DNA of 64,000 nt from Rubripirellula sp. (GCA_965216875.1 OZ244207.1:96001-160000), one strand, 5' to 3'; counted from the first letter of the stretch, positions 10,298 to 21,489 are shown. Numbers and translations: made by a program. The notes: generated by a model not told the origin, from the letters alone.

Positions 10298-10465
10298 TCA
10301 AACGCCGTCACCGCTGGGTGCTTGACCAACTTCGTCGTTGTACGCTTCGATGTCCGCTTGGTTGAATTGCGACTGATCGATCACCTGGTTCGGTGGTTCG
10401 GAACAACCGACAGAGAACGCTGCGACGGTGGCAAACAGAAAGAGAGCAAATGGAATGCGGGGCAT
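10298..10465 (-). CDS. Small (55 aa) putative lipoprotein upstream of DUF1559
   Basis: MPRIPFALFLFATVAAFSVG-C lipobox followed by a short acidic tail; co-oriented with DUF1559. Confidence 0.65.
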   Translation of the reverse strand: MPRIPFALFLFATVAAFSVGCSEPPNQVIDQSQFNQADIEAYNDEVGQAPSGDGV

Positions 10466-10683
10466 CAAAATCGGCTCGAATAAGGAAGGGAAAATGATGT
10501 GACCAGCCGGGCCAAGCCTGAATGAGGCGACCCGAAAAAGGGTGATCACGAAACCACTCTGGTTGCAGGGGGAATAGCCGCCCTAACGTGCATCTTTCGA
10601 CCTTTCTTCGTTTTTTTTCTGAATTCAGAATCGGTCGTGTCAAAATCCCCGAAAGGTTTTTGCACCTTTGGCTATTACTGGTG

Positions 10684-11229
10684 ATGGATAAAAGCGTTTC
10701 AAAATTCGAGCTCACGCCTGATTGGGTGCTTCGTTTGACCGATGCCCAGCCGAGGTTGTATGGCTTTCTTCTTAAGCGTCTAGGCAATAGCGATCAAGCT
10801 CAAGAAGTCCTCCAAGAAGTGAACCTGGTGATGTGCCGAAACGCCGACGCCTATCAGGCGGGGACGGACTTCATGGCCTGGGCTTTTTCGGTCGCTCGTT
10901 TCCAAGTGCTCGCGTTTCGCAAGCGGCAATCCCGCGATCGATTGGTTTTTCCGAGCGACCTTTTTGGTTCTCTCGAATCACTTGACGAAGACCTGTACCC
11001 GCACGAGCTCGCCGAAATCCGCCAAATGGCGCTTCGTGAATGCATGAAGAGTCTGCCAGACCATCAAACGCGGTTGGTCAGCCAGAGGTATGGTCAATCG
11101 ATGACAGTCAAATCGATTGCTGATGAACTCGGCAAAAGCGCCAATGCTGTTAGCATTGTGTTACACCGCGTTCGCGAACAGCTGATGAAGTGTGTTCAAC
11201 AGCGATTGTTGAAAGAAGAAACTCTATGA
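10684..11229 (+). CDS. ECF-type RNA polymerase sigma-70 factor (Rhodopirellula/Verrucomicrobium type)
   Basis: Region 2 AQEVLQEVNLVM...FMAWAFSVARFQV; region 4 IADELGKSANAVSIVLHRVREQL. Start moved to 10684. Confidence 0.92.
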   Translation: MDKSVSKFELTPDWVLRLTDAQPRLYGFLLKRLGNSDQAQEVLQEVNLVMCRNADAYQAGTDFMAWAFSVARFQVLAFRKRQSRDRLVFPSDLFGSLESLDEDLYPHELAEIRQMALRECMKSLPDHQTRLVSQRYGQSMTVKSIADELGKSANAVSIVLHRVREQLMKCVQQRLLKEETL

Positions 11230-12995
11230 ACAGCCCAACTGATGACGGCGGTCTCCCGTTTGAAGGAAGCCAACAGCATCAACAGCTACAGCGACTCTTG
11301 CCACAATTGACTGAGGGAAACCTGTCGGCCGATGATGAGCGGTTGCTTGCCGATCTGCTCGCCACGAGCGAGCACGCGAAACGCTACTACCTCAACTACA
11401 TCCAGATTCACACCGAGCTTCAAGCACAGTGGGGCGATCCCGAGGGGACAACCGCGGGCCTTGCGACGCTGGCCGAGCTTGAGTCGTTGGCTGAGCAAGG
11501 AGGTGCTGGAAATAAAGAGCAGGTTGAACTGCACCGCCGAGGCCTTTCCAGTCTGAGCGTTGCCGGTTGGGCGACCGTGTGCGCCGCGATTGCCTGCGCG
11601 TTGTTGATTGCGTTTGTCATCTCGCGAGGCGACGATGCGGCCGGGATTGCTCAATCCGAAACAAGGCTGCGACTGAATCCGAATCCGATCGTGGCTCCGC
11701 CGCAGAGTCACTTCACGCCGTATCCGCCTCGGGGGCGCCGAAATCCTGATGTGGCAGTGATTGTGCGTAGCGAGGACGTGGACAACACGGAGCTCACGGT
11801 CGGCACGCGTCTGCAGCCTGGGATCCTCGAGTTGACCACCGGAACGTTGCAACTTGAATTCATGAGCGGCGCGGTCGTCGCACTCGATGGGCCGGCCGAG
11901 TTCACGATCGAGAGTGAGATGTCGACCACGATGGTCGCCGGCACTGCCAGCGCATACGTTCCGCCACGCGCACGCGGCTTTACGGTCAATGCTCCAAACG
12001 CCGCCGTCGTTGACCTTGGTACCGAATTTGGAATTCGAGTCGGCGACTCGGGAAAGCCCGAGGTTGAGGTCCTTAGCGGTGAGGTCGAGTTGTCCTTGCT
12101 CGGCGCCGATGGCAGCACGTTGCTCAGCCGCCGTGTGCTTGAAGCGACCCAGGTCCAAGTGGACGAGTCGACTCAATCGCTCCGCCAACTCGGTCCCGAA
12201 GAAGGCTCAAAAAGCGAGCTGCCCAAACTGAGGCTCACGTACGAGACGCCGCTCGAAATCCCGAGCCAATACATTGAATCGGTGGTCGCCGCAGAACCGT
12301 TGCTCTATTGGCGCTTCGATGACGCAACGCACGATCACATTGACAATTTGGTCGGCGAAGCACACTCAGGTAGCGTCCTGCTGCGAGGACAAGCCGACGA
12401 GCAAGCGTTACAGCTGGAAAGCGGCTGCATTCGATTCAATGCATCTCCAGGTGCTCGGTGCGTTCTCAGTGAGCCAATCGATGGTCTGAACGAAGGCGAC
12501 TTTTCGATTGAATTATGGCTCAATCCTGATTCGCTCTCTCATGCAACGTGCCTCGGGATTTCACCCGCCAATGCAAAGCTGCAAACCGACTACCTGAACG
12601 TCATTGAAATCGCCAACAAGACCGAGTGGATTCACGAACCTGGCGCCATTCGATTCTTGCATCGCTCACCGCCCGGCACGCATAACTACCTGGGGCGAAA
12701 TGCGTTTAGCCCAGGTGCTTGCACGCCCGGTCGTTGGCATCATGTGGTCGCTACCAAACGCAGCGACACCGTTGAGCTGTTCTTGAACGGCACGATCGTG
12801 CGACGCATCTGGGTCGAGGAAGCGAATTGTCCAGGGGCCTTCGAGCTTTCGCTGGGCCAGCTGACCCGAGAGTCGGGGCAGCGTAAGTTCGTCGGTTCGA
12901 TCGACGAAGTCGCTCTCTACCGCCGTGTTCTCGAGCCGGACGAGGTCGCGGAACACTACAAAATGGTTGCCGAAGTCAACGGATTGGCCGAATAG
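11226..12995 (+). CDS. Anti-sigma factor-like membrane protein: N-terminal anti-sigma region, TM helix, FecR domain, C-terminal LamG/ConA-like domain
   Basis: ATGA overlap with the sigma gene; VVDLGTEFG and VLSGEV (FecR); LYWRFDD, FSIELW, WHHVV, GSIDEVALY (LamG). Confidence 0.88.
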   Translation: MNSPTDDGGLPFEGSQQHQQLQRLLPQLTEGNLSADDERLLADLLATSEHAKRYYLNYIQIHTELQAQWGDPEGTTAGLATLAELESLAEQGGAGNKEQVELHRRGLSSLSVAGWATVCAAIACALLIAFVISRGDDAAGIAQSETRLRLNPNPIVAPPQSHFTPYPPRGRRNPDVAVIVRSEDVDNTELTVGTRLQPGILELTTGTLQLEFMSGAVVALDGPAEFTIESEMSTTMVAGTASAYVPPRARGFTVNAPNAAVVDLGTEFGIRVGDSGKPEVEVLSGEVELSLLGADGSTLLSRRVLEATQVQVDESTQSLRQLGPEEGSKSELPKLRLTYETPLEIPSQYIESVVAAEPLLYWRFDDATHDHIDNLVGEAHSGSVLLRGQADEQALQLESGCIRFNASPGARCVLSEPIDGLNEGDFSIELWLNPDSLSHATCLGISPANAKLQTDYLNVIEIANKTEWIHEPGAIRFLHRSPPGTHNYLGRNAFSPGACTPGRWHHVVATKRSDTVELFLNGTIVRRIWVEEANCPGAFELSLGQLTRESGQRKFVGSIDEVALYRRVLEPDEVAEHYKMVAEVNGLAE

Positions 12996-13204
12996 ACGCT
13001 CAATTACCGAGTGTCCGGGGGTGAAGCAGATTGTCGCTGAGGGGTTGAGACGTCCCTGAATCGACTAAAATGGGAGTGAGCTTTGACAGCGGCCGCCATC
13101 GTCGGCCGCAACGGTTGACGCGACATTCTTTCCCGCCGCCACAACATCGTCTCGAAAAACCGATCAAAGCCCCACCACTTTCTGAATCTCGGACAATCGA
13201 CTCA

Positions 13205-16084
13205 ATGGTCTTTCCTCTCCAGCCGGCGCGGGTTCTCGTTCTGTTTGCAGCTCTGCCGGCATTGGGCGCGCTCGCAGGCGAACCCGTCAAGCCGCAAACG
13301 ATCCGCTTCAACGATCACATCCGCCCGATCTTCACAAAGCATTGCACCGCTTGCCACGGCGGGGTCAAGCAAGCGGGGGATCTCTCCTTTTCCTATCGCG
13401 ACAAAGTGCTGCCGCCCGATGGCTGGGTTGTCGAGCCAGGCGATCCAGAATCTTCCATTTTGATGGAACGCGTTCTGGCCGAAGCGGAAGACGAAGTGAT
13501 GCCGCCTCCTGAACATGGGCCGCGTCTTTCCGAGCATGAAGTCGCTTTGTTACGCCAATGGATCAAACAGGGCGCATCGTGGAGTGAACATTGGGCGTTC
13601 GAAACACCTCGGCAGCCATCATTGCCCAAGGTCGTCGATCCGTCGTGGTGCCGCCAGCAAATGGACCACTTCGTTCTCGCGGCGCTTGAAGCGAAACATA
13701 TACGCCCCGCAACGGACGAAGCACCACTGCGATGGCTGCGACGCGTGTCACTGGACCTGACCGGTCTGCCGCCGACCATTGAACAACGCGAATCGTTCTT
13801 GAAGCAAGTCGAGACCGAAGGCGAACAAGCCTATGCCAACGCGGTCGACGAACTTCTTCAGTCCGAGCACTTTGGCGAACGCTGGGCGAGCACCTGGCTC
13901 GATCAAGTCCGCTATGCCGATTCAAAGGGCCTCGGGCTCGACGCGCGGCGCCAAATCTGGAAGTACCGCGATTGGGTCATCAATGCACTCAACAGTGATA
14001 TGGCCTATGACACGTTCACGATCAAGCAGATTGCTGGCGACCTTCTTCCAAACTCGAGCATCGACGACCGATTGGCCACCGCTGTCCATCGTTTGACTCA
14101 AACGAACGAAGAAGGCGGAACCGATGATGAAGAATTCCGTGTTGCCGCCGTCCTCGACCGGGTCAACACAACCTGGCAAACGTGGCAAGGCGTGACCTTT
14201 GGATGCGTTCAATGCCACAGCCACCCGTATGATCCATTTGAACAGGACGAGTACTACAAGTTTGCTGCTTTCTTTAACAACACCACCGACAGCGACCTCA
14301 ACGAAGATTGGCCGATCCTGAAGGCGCCGGTCAATCGAGATGACTACGAGCGAGCTTCGACACTCGACCAAGAAATCGCCGAACTTCGCGACCAACTCTG
14401 GACAGAAGAGAGCAAACTCCTGGTCGACGATGCAATTTGGGAACCCCTTGTCGACGTCACCGCCAAAAGCAGCAACGCCACCAAGCTTCGCGTCGATCGC
14501 GTTGGCGAGCACGACGAGTTTTCAACGGTAGGGACGATCACCAGCGGATTAGGCATTTCCCTGACCGCGCCCGTTCCAAGTCGGCTCAAGTCCGTTTCGG
14601 CTTTCAAGGTGACCATCAAACCGCTTGATCCCGATGTTGCGGTCTCCGATTCTGAATGGGGATTCGTTCTGTCGCATGTCGAAGCCAAACTGGTCAACGC
14701 GGAAAAGACGGAGGCGAAACCACTCGAGATCAAGCGAGTGATCATCGACGAACCCAATCCGAACCACGACCCGCAGCAAAGCCTGAACGAAAAATCGAAA
14801 GAAGGCTTCAGTGCTTACACTCGTATTCACTACCCGCGACGCGCAGCCTTCATTCTCAATGAAGCCGTTTCGATTCCCGAAGGCTCGATCATCCAAGTCA
14901 AGCTGAAGCACAAAGTCTTCATCCTGGCGTCGTTTGCCCTCGTGTCGCGTCGTGGTCATGTCGCGCTGACGGATGACCCGCGATTGCTCGAACTGCAATC
15001 GAATCCGGAACGCAAAACGCTTCAAGAAAAACTAGCCAAGCTCAAAAAAGAGCGTTCGGGCATCAAGTCGGCCAACGTGCCCGTGTTGCGGCAGCGACCA
15101 TCGCACCTGCAGCGTCCGACGCATGTCTTTGTACGAGGCTTGTTCCTCACCAAGGACAAAGAGGTACAGCCTGGAACGCCAAAATCTCTGCCCGCATTGG
15201 ACGATAGCGATGGGCCGCCAAACCGATTGACACTTGCTCGCTGGATCGCAAGCGACAAGAACCCACTTACGGCACGCGTCGCAGTGAATCGACTGTGGGC
15301 GCGTCTGTTTGGACAGGGGCTCGTTTCGACCGAAGAAGACTTCGGTTCGTCCGGCGAAACACCGTCGCATCCGAAATTGCTCGATCATTTGGCGGTTCGC
15401 TTTCAGTCGGAATACGATTGGAGCGTCAAAAAGGTACTGCGTGAAATCGTTCTCTCATCCACCTACCGGCAAGATTCGCGGTATCGCGACGATGTTGGCG
15501 AGTTGGATCCGGACAACCGTTGGCTCGCTCGCGGACCGCGGCACCGACTCCCCGCCGAGACGCTCCGTGACCAGGCACTTGCGTTGTCGGGACTACTTGA
15601 TCGAACACTGCACGGCCCGCCCGTTCATCCGCCGATCCCTTCGGGTGTTTGGCAACCCTTCGCTTCAGACAAGTGGGAAACACCCAAGCCTGATCAATCG
15701 GGACGCTACCGCCGGTCGATCTACACCTACACCAAACGAAGCATCCCCTTTCCGATGTTTGCCGCGTTTGACATGCCGTCACGTGAGTTTTGCACACCGC
15801 GCCGGTTGCGATCCAATACGCCACTTCAAGCACTCATGACGCTCAACGACGAAACGTTCCATGAATGCAGCGAGGCGCTCGGCAAGCAGATGATTGAAAA
15901 AGGCGAGACGCCCCAGCAGCAAATTGCCGCCGGTTTCGAACTGGTGGTTTGCCGCAAACCCGATCAATGGGAAGTCGACAAACTAGTGGCGATGCACGAG
16001 CGGATCTCGGAAGCGGGCGGTCAATCGCCAATGACCAATGTTGCCGCCGTGCTGTTGAACCTTGATGAAGTATTAACCAAATAG
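13205..16084 (+). CDS. PSD1 and planctomycete cytochrome c domain protein (PSCyt1 + DUF1549 + DUF1553)
   Basis: CTACH and CVQCH heme motifs, [55 protein letters not shown]. Start moved to 13205. Confidence 0.93.
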   Translation: MVFPLQPARVLVLFAALPALGALAGEPVKPQTIRFNDHIRPIFTKHCTACHGGVKQAGDLSFSYRDKVLPPDGWVVEPGDPESSILMERVLAEAEDEVMPPPEHGPRLSEHEVALLRQWIKQGASWSEHWAFETPRQPSLPKVVDPSWCRQQMDHFVLAALEAKHIRPATDEAPLRWLRRVSLDLTGLPPTIEQRESFLKQVETEGEQAYANAVDELLQSEHFGERWASTWLDQVRYADSKGLGLDARRQIWKYRDWVINALNSDMAYDTFTIKQIAGDLLPNSSIDDRLATAVHRLTQTNEEGGTDDEEFRVAAVLDRVNTTWQTWQGVTFGCVQCHSHPYDPFEQDEYYKFAAFFNNTTDSDLNEDWPILKAPVNRDDYERASTLDQEIAELRDQLWTEESKLLVDDAIWEPLVDVTAKSSNATKLRVDRVGEHDEFSTVGTITSGLGISLTAPVPSRLKSVSAFKVTIKPLDPDVAVSDSEWGFVLSHVEAKLVNAEKTEAKPLEIKRVIIDEPNPNHDPQQSLNEKSKEGFSAYTRIHYPRRAAFILNEAVSIPEGSIIQVKLKHKVFILASFALVSRRGHVALTDDPRLLELQSNPERKTLQEKLAKLKKERSGIKSANVPVLRQRPSHLQRPTHVFVRGLFLTKDKEVQPGTPKSLPALDDSDGPPNRLTLARWIASDKNPLTARVAVNRLWARLFGQGLVSTEEDFGSSGETPSHPKLLDHLAVRFQSEYDWSVKKVLREIVLSSTYRQDSRYRDDVGELDPDNRWLARGPRHRLPAETLRDQALALSGLLDRTLHGPPVHPPIPSGVWQPFASDKWETPKPDQSGRYRRSIYTYTKRSIPFPMFAAFDMPSREFCTPRRLRSNTPLQALMTLNDETFHECSEALGKQMIEKGETPQQQIAAGFELVVCRKPDQWEVDKLVAMHERISEAGGQSPMTNVAAVLLNLDEVLTK

Positions 16085-16097
16085 GGAGGCCCATACG

Positions 16098-17585
16098 ATG
16101 AAAAAGCAATCACTCGAAGCAGAGATTCGTCGAGCATCCCTTTTGGATGTCACGCGTCGACACTTCATACAACAGTCGACCGTTGGACTTGGTAGCCTTT
16201 GGCTCGCATCACAAGCACTCGCAAGCGGTGCGCCCTATTCGGCACCGATACATGACGCCAACAATCCGTTGAGTCCGATTGCGCCGCCGCTGCCCGCGAA
16301 AGCAAAACGCGTCATCTTTTTGCATATGGTCGGCGCGCCAAGTCAATTGGAGCTCTTTGATTACAAGCCTGACCTCAAGGAACTGGACGGCAAGGACTGT
16401 CCCGACTCCTTCCTTGAAGGAAAGCGGTTCGCATTTATTCAGGGTACACCCAAGATGCTCGGGCCCCAGTTCCCCTTCGCCCAACATGGCGAAAGTGGTG
16501 CCTGGGTTTCGGACCGTTTGCCGAACTTGGCCAAGCACGTCGATGACATTTGCTTCATCAAGACGATGCAGACGGACCAATTCAACCACGGGCCGGCCCA
16601 ACTGATGGTGCACACCGGGCAATCTCGGATGGGATCGCCTTCGATTGGTTCGTGGGTCACCTGGGGACTGGGAACCGAGAATTCGGACCTGCCCGGTTTT
16701 ATCGTGTTGCTTTCGGGCGGCCGTCAACCGCGCGCCGGGAAAGCACTTTGGAGTGGTGGTTTCCTGCCGTCGGTCTATCAGGGTGTTCAATGTCGATCGC
16801 AAGGCGAGCCGGTCTTGAACATCTCTGACCCGGACGGCGTCAGTCGCCAAACGCGCCGAGAAATGCTCAACACCCTGGGTGAACTCAATCGACGTTCGCA
16901 TGAACACTTTGGCGACCCCGAAACGCTCACACGGATCGCCCAGTACGAGATGTCGTTTCGAATGCAGACGGCAGTTCCCGAAGCAATGGACATCAACAGC
17001 GAGCCAAAGAACGTCCACGAGCGATACGGCACAGAACCGGGCAAAGAATCGTTTGCGAACAACTGCTTGCTCGCACGACGCCTTGTCGAGAAAGGTGTTC
17101 GCTATGTCCAGCTCTACGATTGGGGCTGGGATTCACATGGCGCAGCCAAGTCGGAAGCCCTCAATGGCGGCTTTCACTCGAAGTGCCAACAGATCGATAA
17201 ACCGATCTCGGCGCTTCTGGGTGACCTAAAAGAACGTGGGCTCCTTGAAGACACGCTCGTTGTCTGGAGCGGCGAATTCGGTAGAACGCCAATGCGTGAA
17301 AACCGTGGCGGCAGCGAAATGAAGTTTGTCGGTCGTGACCACAACCCTTCCGCGTTCACACTTTGGATGGCAGGCGGTGGCGTTAAAGGCGGGACGACTT
17401 ATGGCGAAACCGATGCCGTTGGCTATTCCGCTGCCGAGAACCCGGTGCAGCTTCGCGACCTGCATGCAACGATGTTGCATTTGCTCGGTTTTGACCACGC
17501 TCGGATGAGTGTCCCGTTCCAAGGCTTGAACCAGAAACTTACCGGTGTGAAGCCAACGCAAGTGATCAACGACATTTTGGCGTAG
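16098..17585 (+). CDS. DUF1501 domain protein (Tat-exported, sulfatase-like fold)
   Basis: TRRHFIQ, KAKRVIFLHMVGAPSQLELFDYKP, WDSH, GEFGRTP, GRDH, LHATMLHLLG. Confidence 0.93.
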   Translation: MKKQSLEAEIRRASLLDVTRRHFIQQSTVGLGSLWLASQALASGAPYSAPIHDANNPLSPIAPPLPAKAKRVIFLHMVGAPSQLELFDYKPDLKELDGKDCPDSFLEGKRFAFIQGTPKMLGPQFPFAQHGESGAWVSDRLPNLAKHVDDICFIKTMQTDQFNHGPAQLMVHTGQSRMGSPSIGSWVTWGLGTENSDLPGFIVLLSGGRQPRAGKALWSGGFLPSVYQGVQCRSQGEPVLNISDPDGVSRQTRREMLNTLGELNRRSHEHFGDPETLTRIAQYEMSFRMQTAVPEAMDINSEPKNVHERYGTEPGKESFANNCLLARRLVEKGVRYVQLYDWGWDSHGAAKSEALNGGFHSKCQQIDKPISALLGDLKERGLLEDTLVVWSGEFGRTPMRENRGGSEMKFVGRDHNPSAFTLWMAGGGVKGGTTYGETDAVGYSAAENPVQLRDLHATMLHLLGFDHARMSVPFQGLNQKLTGVKPTQVINDILA

Positions 17586-17615
17586 TGCCGAAAAACGCCT
17601 CGGAGCCGCACAACC

Positions 17616-17858
17616 TGTGAGCCGAACGCGCTAGCGTCGGGCCCTACACTCTATTTCACGTTAGGCAATCGCTTGTCATGCGGAGCATGACCTACGGAGA
17701 GGACGCGGAGCGTCCGAAGAACCCGTTACCACGCGGAGCGGGGTAACGAGGACAGGCTAGCGTCGGGCCCTACATTTAACGTACCTACGCTCGCCAGAAC
17801 GTGGTGATACTAAAAACTCGGCTGCGAGTGGGAACCACCTTCTGGCGAAGGTCGCTAC
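17616..17858. repeat. Composite REP mosaic (family A TGAGCCGAACGCGCTAGCGTCGGG, a GTAGGTCATGCTCCGCATGAC-type unit, family D GGACGCGGAGCGTCC...GTAACGAG, and a family B doublet); left arm of a long inverted repeat
   Basis: Units recur elsewhere in the window; 17616-17778 matches the reverse complement of 19010-19182. Confidence 0.85.
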
Positions 17859-17864
17859 GATCAC

Positions 17865-18827
17865 TCAATTCTCAGGCACAAATTCACCATCAGCACGGTG
17901 GGTTAGCTTGCCGAGCAGCTCGGTCGAAATCTGTGGCGAGAAGGTTCGGACGCTTCCGTCACCGAAGACAAAGTTGCAGCCGCCGGTATGGTAGCTGCCA
18001 AAGTTGGTTTGAAAATCTTCGTTCGGGAAACGGGCGATGGGATACCCCGGTCCGCCACATCGAGAAAAGTTGGCAGGGTGATCGCCGTTATAGATTGCTC
18101 CATCTTCAGGAGCGATTCCGGTGTATTGTTCACGCACGTGCTTTTCGCCAATGAAGATCGTGTGGCTCGTGCCATCCAATATGCTGTTGAACGAAGTTTG
18201 GCTTTCCCACTGTTTCAAAATCGCACCGGGCGGCGCAAAGTCCCAACGCGGGACGGTTGGCGGTTCGGTTTCTCCTCGGCCCATGATGAACGCACCATTG
18301 GAAGTGTTCCAATTCCAAACCCCGGCTGGTCCGTGCCCCGCGGAACAGGCATAGTCACTCACGATCCCCGGTACATGGGGGCTCGTTTCGTAGCGTGACA
18401 GAATATCGTCGCCGGAAACGCTGTGGATCTTGCCGCTGCGACGCGAGGGGCAGAAGTACGTTGGCACAGACGTCAACCGCGCCTTGTCACTTTGGTAGTA
18501 GTACTTCAGTTTCGGATCGAGTTCTTCCGAAAGGGCGCCTTGTTCCAGTTCCGGCAAGATCAAGAACGCCCACGTCGTGTAGTGGTCATAGTTGCGCGAT
18601 GGGGGAAGGAAGTCGTAGCGGATGTGAAAGTTCTGAACCGCCAATCCGATTTGCTTCAAGTTGTTTTGACAACTGATCATGCGAGCCGCTTCGCGCGACG
18701 CCTGAACGCCCGGCAGCAGCAAAGCGATCATGATCGCGATGATGCCCATCACCACCATCAACTCAACGAGAGTGAATGCAGAGCGAGCCCTAGAGTGAAC
18801 CGATTGCAACACGGCAGCAACCAACAA
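17865..18827 (-). CDS. DUF1559 prepilin-type protein with H-X9-DG motif
   Basis: [76 protein letters not shown]. Exact start uncertain. Confidence 0.93.
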   Translation of the reverse strand: MLVAAVLQSVHSRARSAFTLVELMVVMGIIAIMIALLLPGVQASREAARMISCQNNLKQIGLAVQNFHIRYDFLPPSRNYDHYTTWAFLILPELEQGALSEELDPKLKYYYQSDKARLTSVPTYFCPSRRSGKIHSVSGDDILSRYETSPHVPGIVSDYACSAGHGPAGVWNWNTSNGAFIMGRGETEPPTVPRWDFAPPGAILKQWESQTSFNSILDGTSHTIFIGEKHVREQYTGIAPEDGAIYNGDHPANFSRCGGPGYPIARFPNEDFQTNFGSYHTGGCNFVFGDGSVRTFSPQISTELLGKLTHRADGEFVPEN

Positions 18828-18974
18828 GATCGAGAAGGATAGGGTCCGACGAGCCGCCTCAACGGCGTTGACACCGCTTCTTTATAACGCCAACAGAAGC
18901 GCCGGGCCAATTCACTGTGCGAATACGTTGGACCGCGTACAGAGATCCAGTGCTGGCTCGCGGGCTGCACCACT

Positions 18975-19209
18975 CCACGCTCTGGCGAGTGTGGCTAGGG
19001 CAGGCAAATGTGTAGGGCCCGCCGCTAGCGCGTTCGGCTCACAGCCGTTCCGCCCTCGTTACCCCGCTCCGCGTGGCAACGGGTCTTCGGACGCTCCGCG
19101 TCCTCTCCGTTTGTCATGCTCCGGATGACAAGCGTTCGGCTAACGTGAAATAGAGTGTAGGCGCTAGCGCGTTCGGCTCACGGCCGTTCGTAGTCCCGCC
19201 TTTAGGCGG
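18975..19209. repeat. Composite REP mosaic; right arm of the long inverted repeat, plus a GTAGTCCCGCCTTTAGGCGG unit
   Basis: Reverse-complement copy of 17616-17804; the unit at 19190-19209 has a degenerate relative at about 50485-50505. Confidence 0.85.
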
Positions 19210-19236
19210 AAGCGATTTCAGATTTCGCGTAGCGAC

Positions 19237-19272
19237 GAAAAAAGCCGCTGACCGATTTGATCAGCGGCTTTT
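19237..19272 (-). terminator. Rho-independent terminator after tRNA-Ala
   Basis: Minus strand AAAAGCCGCTGATC-AAAT-CGGTCAGCGGCTTTTTT directly 3' of the tRNA. Confidence 0.85.
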
Positions 19273-19281
19273 GTTGATAAG

Positions 19282-19354
19282 TGGAGGTAAGGGGACTTGA
19301 ACCCCTGACCTTTTGGCTGCCAGCCAAACGCTCTCCCAACTGAGCTATACCCCC
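19282..19354 (-). tRNA. tRNA-Ala (anticodon GGC), CCA not encoded
   Basis: GGGGGTATAGCTCAGTTGGGAGAGCGTTTGGCTGGCAGCCAAAAGGTCAGGGGTTCAAGTCCCCTTACCTCCA: 73-nt cloverleaf, G3:U70 alanine identity pair, anticodon loop CT-GGC-AG. Confidence 0.97.
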
Positions 19355-19578
19355 ATCTGTTCTCACGGGTTCGGTCGGAACCAATGAAAGGGACTCCGCG
19401 GCGGCAAACTTGGTTCGCCCTGCGGGGAGGAAAAGTTAGCAGGTTGCTTTGGGAGTCGTCAAGTGGCTACCTGCCGCCACGATTCGGAACGTCTTGGGCG
19501 TGGCAACGACTCCCTTCCCCCGGCGTTCCCAGGCAAAACCGTACCTGGCACGCTTCTTCGCCCGGAAATCCGCGACGT

Positions 19579-21489
19579 TCACTCGAGTTCTTGAATCACG
19601 GTCGCAAATGGCACGTGCCGACAGATTCCGAATGACGGGTTCTTGGTGAGCCGGGAACGAACAAAACCGGGTGAGGAGAGGCCGCAAAGGAATCGGGCTC
19701 GGTCACGCACGGTTGTGAACCGGTCGGGATATTCGGCCGCCAATTGGTCGATCGCGGTCTTGGCCGAAGTGCCAATGGTCGTCGCCGATGGACCTGGGAT
19801 TTCGATCGCTCCCTCGCCTCGACAGGCCGTACAGCGACCACAGGGCTGAGCAAGTGATTCGCCAAAGTGTTCGGAAAGGATCGCCGATTGGCATTTGGGC
19901 GCCGCAGCGAGTTCAAAGACTTCGTCGAGACGGCCGATTTCGTTCTGCTCGCGACGACAAAGAAGATCAAACAGGTTGTCGGCCAACGTCTTGGTCGGTT
20001 GGTCGATGCGTTTGAGCCAGCGGTAGCCGTGAACCAAATCCGAGACCTGGACTTCGAGCCAGCCTTGCTCGGTCATGTAGTCGACGGCTTTGACGATTCG
20101 TTGACGCTCGGTGCCCAGTTTCTTTGTTGCGAGCACCATATTGAGCGTGAACCAAGTTCGCCCTTTGGTCAGCATTGAGAGAATGTTCGCAATGAATTGA
20201 CGCCGTTCGCCGTCAAAGTGGCTGAGGATTGTTTTCGAGGTGACCTTCGGTTTGATCTTGTACGTGTCGAATCGAGGCGAGGTCGCTTTCAGATAGCCAT
20301 CCAATTCGAGGTAGGTTAGAAGCGTGCGGACAACCAAAATGCGGATGTCAGCTTCACTCGAGAGTTTGTGATGCGAAACATAGAACTCGTCGGGTTGTCC
20401 GGCGATCAGGTCGATCAATCGGCCGACACTATGTCGGGAGGGCGTGTCACCAAAGGTAAAGTTTTCCAGGACGACACGGTCGTCTGGAACGAGCAACATT
20501 TCACAGACCGAGTCTTGCCCATCTCGTCCTGCGCGACCAATTTCCTGGGCGTAAGCTTCGAGAGACTTCGGTGGGTTGTAATGGTACACGTACCGCAGAT
20601 TTGATTTGTCGATTCCCATCCCGAAGGCGATCGTCGCGACGATGATGCAATCGTCCGACTCGAGAAAACGCTGCTGAATCTCTGCCCGCACCTCGTTGTC
20701 GAGGCCCGCATGGTAGGCTTCCGCACCGAGCCCATCTTCGGTCAACTTCTCAGCGATCTCCTCGGCTGTCTTTTGCAGCGATACGTACACCAAGGTTGGT
20801 CCGCGGGGACGCTCCTTCAAACGCTCGACAAGCAACTCGTATTGTTCGGTTCTGGTTGTGACGCAACTGCGAAGTTGCAAGTTTGGCCGATGGAACGTTG
20901 TGCGAATCGCATCTTCGGGTTCGATCGCAAACGCATCGCGAATGTCGGCCAGCACTTCGGGGGTCGCGGTTGCTGTCAGAGCAAGCATCCGTTCGGCCTC
21001 GAGGTGCCTCGCTTGCTCGGCCAGCTTCAAGTAGTCGGGGCGAAAGTTATGACCCCATTGGCTGATGCAGTGCGCTTCATCAACGGCGAACAAAGAAATC
21101 TTTAGCGATGCGATCGAGGCAAGAAACCGCTCGTTAAAGAAACGTTCTGGCGCGATGTAAAGAATCTTTGTCTCGCCATCTCGAACCGAATTCATGACAC
21201 CGCGAAACTCATCGCCACTCAACGTCGAATCAAGGCGCGCCGCGCGAATCCCTTTGTTGACTAACGCGTCACACTGGTCTTTCATCAACGCGATCAGCGG
21301 TGACACGATCAGTGTGGTGCCCTCCAGCATTTGGCTGGGAAGCTGGTAGCAAAGGCTTTTGCCTCCGCCGGTTGGAAAGACAGCGGCGACGTTCTTGCCA
21401 GCCAGCAAACGCTCGACGACCGCGTGTTGGCCTTCGCGGAATTGGTCCATGCCGAAGCGTTCGTTCAGGATTTGTATTGGGTCTCCCAT
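19579..21489 (-). CDS. recQ: RecQ family ATP-dependent DNA helicase (no HRDC seen)
   Basis: PTGGGKSLCYQLP, VDEAHCISQWGHNFRPDY, ALTATAT, ATIAFGMGIDK, QEIGRAGRDG, Zn-binding C...CGRCTAC. Start moved to 21489. Confidence 0.92.
   Translation of the reverse strand: MGDPIQILNERFGMDQFREGQHAVVERLLAGKNVAAVFPTGGGKSLCYQLPSQMLEGTTLIVSPLIALMKDQCDALVNKGIRAARLDSTLSGDEFRGVMNSVRDGETKILYIAPERFFNERFLASIASLKISLFAVDEAHCISQWGHNFRPDYLKLAEQARHLEAERMLALTATATPEVLADIRDAFAIEPEDAIRTTFHRPNLQLRSCVTTRTEQYELLVERLKERPRGPTLVYVSLQKTAEEIAEKLTEDGLGAEAYHAGLDNEVRAEIQQRFLESDDCIIVATIAFGMGIDKSNLRYVYHYNPPKSLEAYAQEIGRAGRDGQDSVCEMLLVPDDRVVLENFTFGDTPSRHSVGRLIDLIAGQPDEFYVSHHKLSSEADIRILVVRTLLTYLELDGYLKATSPRFDTYKIKPKVTSKTILSHFDGERRQFIANILSMLTKGRTWFTLNMVLATKKLGTERQRIVKAVDYMTEQGWLEVQVSDLVHGYRWLKRIDQPTKTLADNLFDLLCRREQNEIGRLDEVFELAAAPKCQSAILSEHFGESLAQPCGRCTACRGEGAIEIPGPSATTIGTSAKTAIDQLAAEYPDRFTTVRDRARFLCGLSSPGFVRSRLTKNPSFGICRHVPFATVIQELE

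Noticed and set aside
17600..19354. Integrative element or prophage at tRNA-Ala
   Set aside because: I found no integrase, no phage genes and no duplicated tRNA 3' end (att site) in the window.
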